NCBI GenBank assembly: GCA_016180235.1
Contig: JACPBQ010000003.1
Span: 14,958-78,957, forward strand
Reading direction: 5' to 3'
Source of the DNA: Candidatus Woesearchaeota archaeon
GTDB lineage: Archaea; Nanobdellota; Nanobdellia; Woesearchaeales; GW2011-AR4
Length of the DNA: 64,000 bases
Below are positions 58,411-64,000 of the stretch, one piece after another; position 1 is the stretch's first letter; every line of letters starts with the position of its first letter. The notes below the pieces were generated by a model, which searched no databases, was not told the origin of the DNA, and saw nothing but the letters and a program-made list of their open reading frames with translations. The translations under genes and the position numbers were made by a program.

Positions 58411-60240
58411 TTATTCCACCGTAACACTCTTGCTTAAATTCCTCGGCTTGTCCGGGTCCAATTTCCTGTCAGTAGCAGCATAATATGCCAATAGCTGCAA
58501 TGGCACAACAGCTAAAATTGAGCTTAAAATATAAAGTGTATTTGGAATGTACAGGACATGGTCAGCCAGCTTTTTAATTTCTGAATCTCCGTCGCTTGCT
58601 ATTGCTATTATGATGCCTCCTCTTGCCTTGACTTCCTGAATATTGCCCAAAACTTTTTTGTATGTGTAGATGTCTTTGGTTGCCAAAACAACAACCGGCA
58701 TGTTTTTGTCTATCAAGGCTATTGGGCCATGCTTCATCTCAGCTGCCGGATATCCTTCTGCATGTATGTAAGAAACTTCTTTCAATTTTAAAGCCCCTTC
58801 CAGGGCAATAGGAAAATTAATGCCTCTTCCCAAAAACAGGGCATTATGCTTGTCTTTGTAGATGTTTGCTATTTTCCTTATCTCTTTTTCCTTGCTCAGC
58901 AAAGACTCCATTTCCAATGGTAATTTTCTTAATTTTCCCATCAGATCCTTTATTGTTTCTTTGTTTAATGAATCTCTTATACTGCTCATGTATAATGTAA
59001 ACAAATACAGGACAACCAGCTGTGTTGTAAATGCCTTTGTGGATGCAACCCCGATTTCAGGCCCGGCGAAAGTATACAGGACAGAATCAGACTCCCGGTC
59101 AATGGAGCTTCCCTTGGCATTGACTATTGAAAGTATTTTGGCTCCTTTCTTCTTTGCCTCCCTTATCGCAGCCAAAGTGTCTGCCGTCTCTCCTGACTGG
59201 GAAATCGCTATAACCAAAGTATTGCCGTTTATGATCGGGTTCCTGTACCTGAATTCAGAGGCATATTCAACCTCTACGGGTAATTTAGCCAATTCTTCAA
59301 GCATAAATTCTCCGGCTAATCCGGCATGCCATGAAGTGCCGCAGGCAACTATTATTATCCTGCTTATATTTTTTAATTCCCTCTCATTGAAATTTAGTTC
59401 ATTGGCTAAATTAATATTGCCATTTTCTATCCTTCCGTTCAAGGTTTCAGTTATAGCGCGAGGCTGCTCATGTATCTCTTTCAGCATGAAATGCTCATAG
59501 CCCGCTTTTTCAGCTAATTCAGAATCCCAGTCAATTTCGTTAATATTTTTTTTAATTATTTCCCCATCAATGTTTTTTATTTGAACATTATTTTTTGTCA
59601 ATATTGCCATTTCATTATTGTCAAGATAAATGACTTTGTTTGTATGCTTTAATATCGCAGCCACATCAGAGGCAATGAAGTTCTCATTTTTTCCAATTCC
59701 AACAATTAATGGGCTCTCATTCCTTGCTGCTATCAAAATTTCTGGGCTATCTGCGCAAATAACTCCCAAAGCATAGCTTCCTTCTATTTGTTTTAAAGCA
59801 GCGCTTGTTGCCTCCTCTATATCACCCTTAAAATTATCTTCTATCAGATGCGCAATAACCTCTGTATCAGTCAAGGAATTGAATTTGTGGCCTTTGCTAA
59901 TCAGCATTTCCTTTAACTCAGAAAAATTCTCAATAATGCCGTTATGCACGATGCTTATTTTGCTTTTGCAGTCAAAATGAGGATGGGCATTTTCTTTAGT
60001 TGGTGACCCATGAGTGCTCCATCTGCAGTGCGCCAAACCGATATTCCCTTTTAATTCAGAAAAATTAACTTTTTTATCCACTTCTTCGATTTTTCCCGCA
60101 TCTTTCTTAATAACCAATTTATTGCTATTTATGCAAACCATCCCAACTGAGTCGTATCCTCTATATTCCAATCGTTTTACGCCGTCTAGTAATTTATTCG
60201 CCACATTATTATCCGACACAATACCCACAATACCGCACAC
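58411..60240 (-). CDS. glmS: glutamine--fructose-6-phosphate aminotransferase
   Basis: GTG start; [51 protein letters not shown]. Confidence 0.97.
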   Translation of the reverse strand: MCGIVGIVSDNNVANKLLDGVKRLEYRGYDSVGMVCINSNKLVIKKDAGKIEEVDKKVNFSELKGNIGLAHCRWSTHGSPTKENAHPHFDCKSKISIVHNGIIENFSELKEMLISKGHKFNSLTDTEVIAHLIEDNFKGDIEEATSAALKQIEGSYALGVICADSPEILIAARNESPLIVGIGKNENFIASDVAAILKHTNKVIYLDNNEMAILTKNNVQIKNIDGEIIKKNINEIDWDSELAEKAGYEHFMLKEIHEQPRAITETLNGRIENGNINLANELNFNERELKNISRIIIVACGTSWHAGLAGEFMLEELAKLPVEVEYASEFRYRNPIINGNTLVIAISQSGETADTLAAIREAKKKGAKILSIVNAKGSSIDRESDSVLYTFAGPEIGVASTKAFTTQLVVLYLFTLYMSSIRDSLNKETIKDLMGKLRKLPLEMESLLSKEKEIRKIANIYKDKHNALFLGRGINFPIALEGALKLKEVSYIHAEGYPAAEMKHGPIALIDKNMPVVVLATKDIYTYKKVLGNIQEVKARGGIIIAIASDGDSEIKKLADHVLYIPNTLYILSSILAVVPLQLLAYYAATDRKLDPDKPRNLSKSVTVE

Positions 60241-60241
60241 T

Positions 60242-61333
60242 TTATTTACCTCTATACTTGTTTGTCAAGATTTCTAGTTTTTTCTTTTTTTCAGGATGTA
60301 AAAATCCTATTTTTTTGGCAAAAAGCAAGATATTATCTTTTCCACTAATTGAAAAATAATGCATTGTAGTTCTATCTTTGCTTTTGTGAACGAGAATTTG
60401 ATTTGGTCTTATGCCGACTTTTTCGACTGCATTCCTCAAATCATTAACCAAATCCCTATATTTTTGAGCTATAACAATCATATTCTTTTTAGGATAAATG
60501 TAACCTTCATCATCATATAAGGCTTGCAGGAACTTACAAATAAGATTCTCTTCTAATCCATATACAAAGCTAGGTATTCTTTTTTTGTCATTGTTAATTT
60601 CATACTCCAGAATATCATATAATATTCGCCCTATGCTTGTTTGCAGCCAAAGTTCATCCCCGTGACCGATTCTTTTCCTAAAGTATATTTTATTGCCACC
60701 AAAAACAGATTTAACATCATTTCTAAAAGCATTTAATAGAATTTCTTCATTATTCACATAAAATGGCCTATATTTACTTTCATTTTTGACTAAATGAATT
60801 CCACCATCTCCAATTATGTGGCCTAAAATTCTCATTAGCTCTTCCGATAGTTTAAATCTTTTTACCTCAATTGAGAAAGAATTCTTTGTCTTGAGTTGCC
60901 TAATATTATTTGTTAAGTATGATTCTTCGATTGATAATGCTCTAAATAATTTAAATAAAGTATCCAAATTAGCCCAATAATTCTTGCTTTTTAGGATTCT
61001 TTGCAAAGTTTGATAAGACGCTCCAATCTTTTTGCTCAATTCAACTTTGCCTGACTTTATTCTGGAACTTAGCAATTTTTGGAGATTTTCATCTATAATA
61101 GCATAATAATCCTCATTTTTGATAAAATTAAAAATTTTCATATTGCTACTTTGCATTTGCTGGAAATTTTTAACGAATGGAGAATTAGCGATATTATTAG
61201 AAGATTCAAAAACTTTGTCATTTGAAATAAAGTCATAAGAAGAATCATAACCCCTGTACTCGAGCTTTTTCAGCCCTTCAAACAGTATAGGCGCTGCATT
61301 TTTTTCCCCGACATAACCGATTATTCCGCACAT
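60242..61333 (-). mobile_element. LAGLIDADG (intein DOD-type) homing endonuclease gene fused to the first 31 codons of glmS
   Basis: N-terminus MCGIIG...LEYRGYDS; [19 protein letters not shown]; motifs [10 protein letters not shown] and [10 protein letters not shown]; FAKKIGF..PEKKKKL; no Hint/splicing motifs seen. Confidence 0.88.
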
Positions 61334-61447
61334 TTTTAGCAGGGATTAAAACTCCGGTCAGTATATAAAGATTATGAATCAATGATCGAGAAAGATAAGA
61401 GCAAAATAGCAATAGATATTTAAAAAACTGTACTCAACATCTGTTAA

Positions 61448-61938
61448 ATGCTGAAAAAAGAAATCAGGGTAATTGGGATTGATGATGCCCCGCATAAATT
61501 CAGGGCAAAAGGCAGTATTCTGGTTGTAGGCACAATTTTTAGGGGAGGCAATTTTCTTGATGGTATTTTGTCAACAAAAGCATCCATTGACGGCAACAAC
61601 GCAACTTCTAAAATAACAGAAATGATCAATAAATCAAAATTCAAGCCGCAGTTAAGGTGCATTTTTCTTGACGGCATAGCTGTTGGGGGCTTTAACATAA
61701 TTGATATAGTTGAATTGAACAAAAAAACAAAAATCCCGGTTATAGTGATAATGAGGAAAAAGCCGGTCCTGTGATTCCTGCTGGCAGGATTTACGTGCAG
61801 ATATCCGGCATTAGCCTGGAAAAGGCAAAAGAGATGCTGAAGATAGCGTGCACGCGAAGCACAATACCTGAAGCAGTGAGGATGTCCCATATTATAGCCT
61901 CAGGGATAGTTGAAGGGCAAAGCAGGGGAAAAGCTTAA
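61448..61938 (+). pseudogene. DUF99 / endonuclease dU family gene, frameshifted by an apparent internal deletion
   Basis: IGIDD, DG...GGFNIID in the first frame; C-terminus AGPVIPAGRIYVQ...IPEAVRMSHIIASG in another frame ending at 61938. Confidence 0.8.
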
Positions 61939-62010
61939 AAATAAGTTTAATAATCAGAAATCTTGATATAATATCTTAGCAGATAAAAACAGGCAATAGC
62001 GGTGATTTTT

Positions 62011-62241
62011 ATGGGAAGGAAAAGCAAGAAGAAAAAAGCAAAGAAAATAAGCATGAAGAAGGAGAAATACCTTAAGTTCAGGAAAGAGAAGAATACTGCT
62101 ATTGATATAACGATGCCTGAGCTCACTCCGGAGCAGAATAAGCAAAAGCAGGAAGACGAGATGAAGATTGGCAGGTTCCTGAGATTCAACAAGAATCCCC
62201 CTCAGAAAGAGCTGAAGGAGAAGATGCTTAAGAGAAGATAA
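62011..62241 (+). CDS. small basic hypothetical protein
   Basis: SD GGTGA before ATG 62011; Lys-rich. Confidence 0.6.
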   Translation: MGRKSKKKKAKKISMKKEKYLKFRKEKNTAIDITMPELTPEQNKQKQEDEMKIGRFLRFNKNPPQKELKEKMLKRR

Positions 62242-62266
62242 AGGGCAGATATAAAAGCATTCTAAA

Positions 62267-62447
62267 ATGTCGGAATTTTCCACTAGTTAATAACTAGTGG
62301 CAGAAAAGCCAAATACATTGCGAAAATTCCGAGCATGCTCAAAAACCACTCAATGTTTATATACATAACCCAATCATTCCACCCATCTGTGATGGTTTGA
62401 ACTTGTTCAAACCTACAAACGCTAGTGAGTATGGGTGGTTTTTGACA
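62267..62447. repeat. two head-to-head palindromic elements
   Basis: ATGTC-GGAATTTTC...GAAAATTCC-GAGCAT and ATGCTC-AAAAACCAC...GTGGTTTTT-GACA; internal palindromes CCACTAGTTA/TAACTAGTGG and GGTTTGAAC/GTTCAAACC. Confidence 0.85.
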
Positions 62448-62455
62448 GAAACTAA

Positions 62456-64000
62456 TCACCCATAATAACTCCCTTTCTCTTTCTGCTCCCTGTCCAGTTT
62501 GGAATCTAATTTATTGACTCTTGGCATCAAACTTTCCTTATCCCTCCTTAATGTAATATTCAATTTCTTCAGGAAAATGTTCATGCCTTCCTCCATCATA
62601 AAAGGCCCTTTTACAATTCCTTCTTTTGCAGGGATGCCGTCAAAAACCATTAATTTGTCTGATAAATAATCAAGAAATAACAGGTCATGGTCCACTATAA
62701 GTGCTGATGAGCCTTTTTGTTCCATGAAATCCCTTATTACTTTTGAAACTATGAGCCTTTGCTCAACATCAAGGTATGCAGAAGGCTCGTCAAGCAGATA
62801 CAGGTCAGCTTCCCTGCCCAAACAATGAGCGACCATCACTCTCTGCAGCTCTCCCCCGGACAGCTCATTCAGTTTTTTCAAAAGTAAAGGGCTGATATTT
62901 AATGGATTTATTATTTGGTTTGCATAGCCCTTTATTGCATCCTGTAAAAAAATCATCACCAATTCATCATTGGCTTCCAGATACTGCGGCTTGTAGCTTA
63001 CTGTTACCTTCTCATTTAGCTTGCCTGAATCATTTTCTATCTCTCCCGCCAGTATCTTTACAAAAGTGGTCTTTCCGATGCCGTTTTCACCCAGGATCCC
63101 TATAACTTCCCCTTTGCCAATGGCCCCTTTCTCGGTTTTCAGCGAAAAATTGCCCAATGTTTTGGAGATGTTCTCCCAGTTGACCAAAGGCACATCTTTC
63201 TTCTTCACAAAAGGCTTCCTCTCCTCAAACTTGACCTGCTTATCCCTGAATCTTATGTTTTCTTCCTTCATGTAGCCGCTCAAGTAAACATTGATTGCGT
63301 TCTTTGTCGGCTTTACCCCGGAGACAGAGCCGTAGACATCCTCGCTTCCGTACATTATATGCGCCAAATCGGAAATATAGTCGAAAATTATGAGATCGTG
63401 CTCAACAGCCATGACCGCAGTTTTCTCATCGGCCAGATTCCTTATGAACTTGCTCACATTTATCCTTTGCTTTATGTCCAGATATGAGCTTGGCTCGTCG
63501 AAAATATGCAAGTTTGCTTTTTTCAGGACTGCAGCGGCTATTGCCACTCTCTGCAGCTCTCCTCCGGAAATTTCATTGATATTATTGTCCATTATACTTT
63601 CTATTTCCAGCTCTTTTGCTATTTCATTCAGCTTATTTTCCTCATCGATTTTTTTTAATAAATCTTTAACTTTCCCTTTCTGCATCCTTGGTATTAATTC
63701 AATGTTCTGGGGCTTGTAGCTTACCTTAATCTCATTTTTCCGGACTTTCTCAAAAAACAATTGCATTTCAGTTCCCTTGAAGAAATTAATTATTTGCTCA
63801 TAACTTGCTTCCTTGCCAATATTATCAAAATTCGGCTTTAAAATGCCTGCTAATATCTGTATTGCAGTGGACTTTCCGATGCCGTTTACTCCCAAAATGC
63901 CGACAACTCTGCCAAATAGAGGAGTGGGCAAATTAAACAATGCAAACTTGTTTTCCCCGTACCTATGGATGGGAGTTTTGTCCAGCACCTCTGGGAGATT
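62456..64000 (-). CDS. ABCE1/RLI ribosome recycling ATPase (5' end outside the window)
   Basis: HRYGEN.F.L..LP, two ABC domains (NGIGKS/T, SGGELQRV, DEPS.YLD), RVNKLDS. Confidence 0.95.
   Translation of the reverse strand, partial: NLPEVLDKTPIHRYGENKFALFNLPTPLFGRVVGILGVNGIGKSTAIQILAGILKPNFDNIGKEASYEQIINFFKGTEMQLFFEKVRKNEIKVSYKPQNIELIPRMQKGKVKDLLKKIDEENKLNEIAKELEIESIMDNNINEISGGELQRVAIAAAVLKKANLHIFDEPSSYLDIKQRINVSKFIRNLADEKTAVMAVEHDLIIFDYISDLAHIMYGSEDVYGSVSGVKPTKNAINVYLSGYMKEENIRFRDKQVKFEERKPFVKKKDVPLVNWENISKTLGNFSLKTEKGAIGKGEVIGILGENGIGKTTFVKILAGEIENDSGKLNEKVTVSYKPQYLEANDELVMIFLQDAIKGYANQIINPLNISPLLLKKLNELSGGELQRVMVAHCLGREADLYLLDEPSAYLDVEQRLIVSKVIRDFMEQKGSSALIVDHDLLFLDYLSDKLMVFDGIPAKEGIVKGPFMMEEGMNIFLKKLNITLRRDKESLMPRVNKLDSKLDREQKEKGSYYG

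Noticed and set aside
60242-61333. Interpreting the endonuclease as a GlmS intein
   Set aside because: The ORF ends in a stop codon, lacks a C-terminal HN and recognisable Hint blocks, and glmS restarts with its own start codon.

Overview
AT-rich archaeal chromosome segment, most consistent with a DPANN (Woesearchaeota-like) genome: rpl15e, TFE, Elp3, archaeal D-aminoacyl-tRNA deacylase, OapABC, HerA/Mre11/Rad50, GatCAB, ABCE1 and a class-III-signal-peptide protein, mixed with bacterial-type genes (Lnt, LpxC-like, class I GAPDH, Adk, PolX-PHP). The taxonomy is inferred from gene content only. No CRISPR array, rRNA or transposase was seen. Best candidate for an undescribed system: a free-standing, intein-type LAGLIDADG homing endonuclease with no splicing domains, fused in frame to the first 31 codons of glmS. 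It is followed by its own SD, a GTG start and a complete glmS whose LEYRGYDS block is synonymously recoded at all 8 codons, which looks like a 'start-replacing' selfish element. Other highlights: (i) a long-variable-arm tRNA with an anomalous anticodon arm, a T-loop insertion and an adjacent diverged copy of its 5' half; (ii) a family of palindromic elements found between genes, inside that tRNA and in frame inside two proteins; (iii) an Lnt / tandem four-His membrane protein / UbiA cluster; (iv) several micro-ORFs below the ORF-track cutoff.
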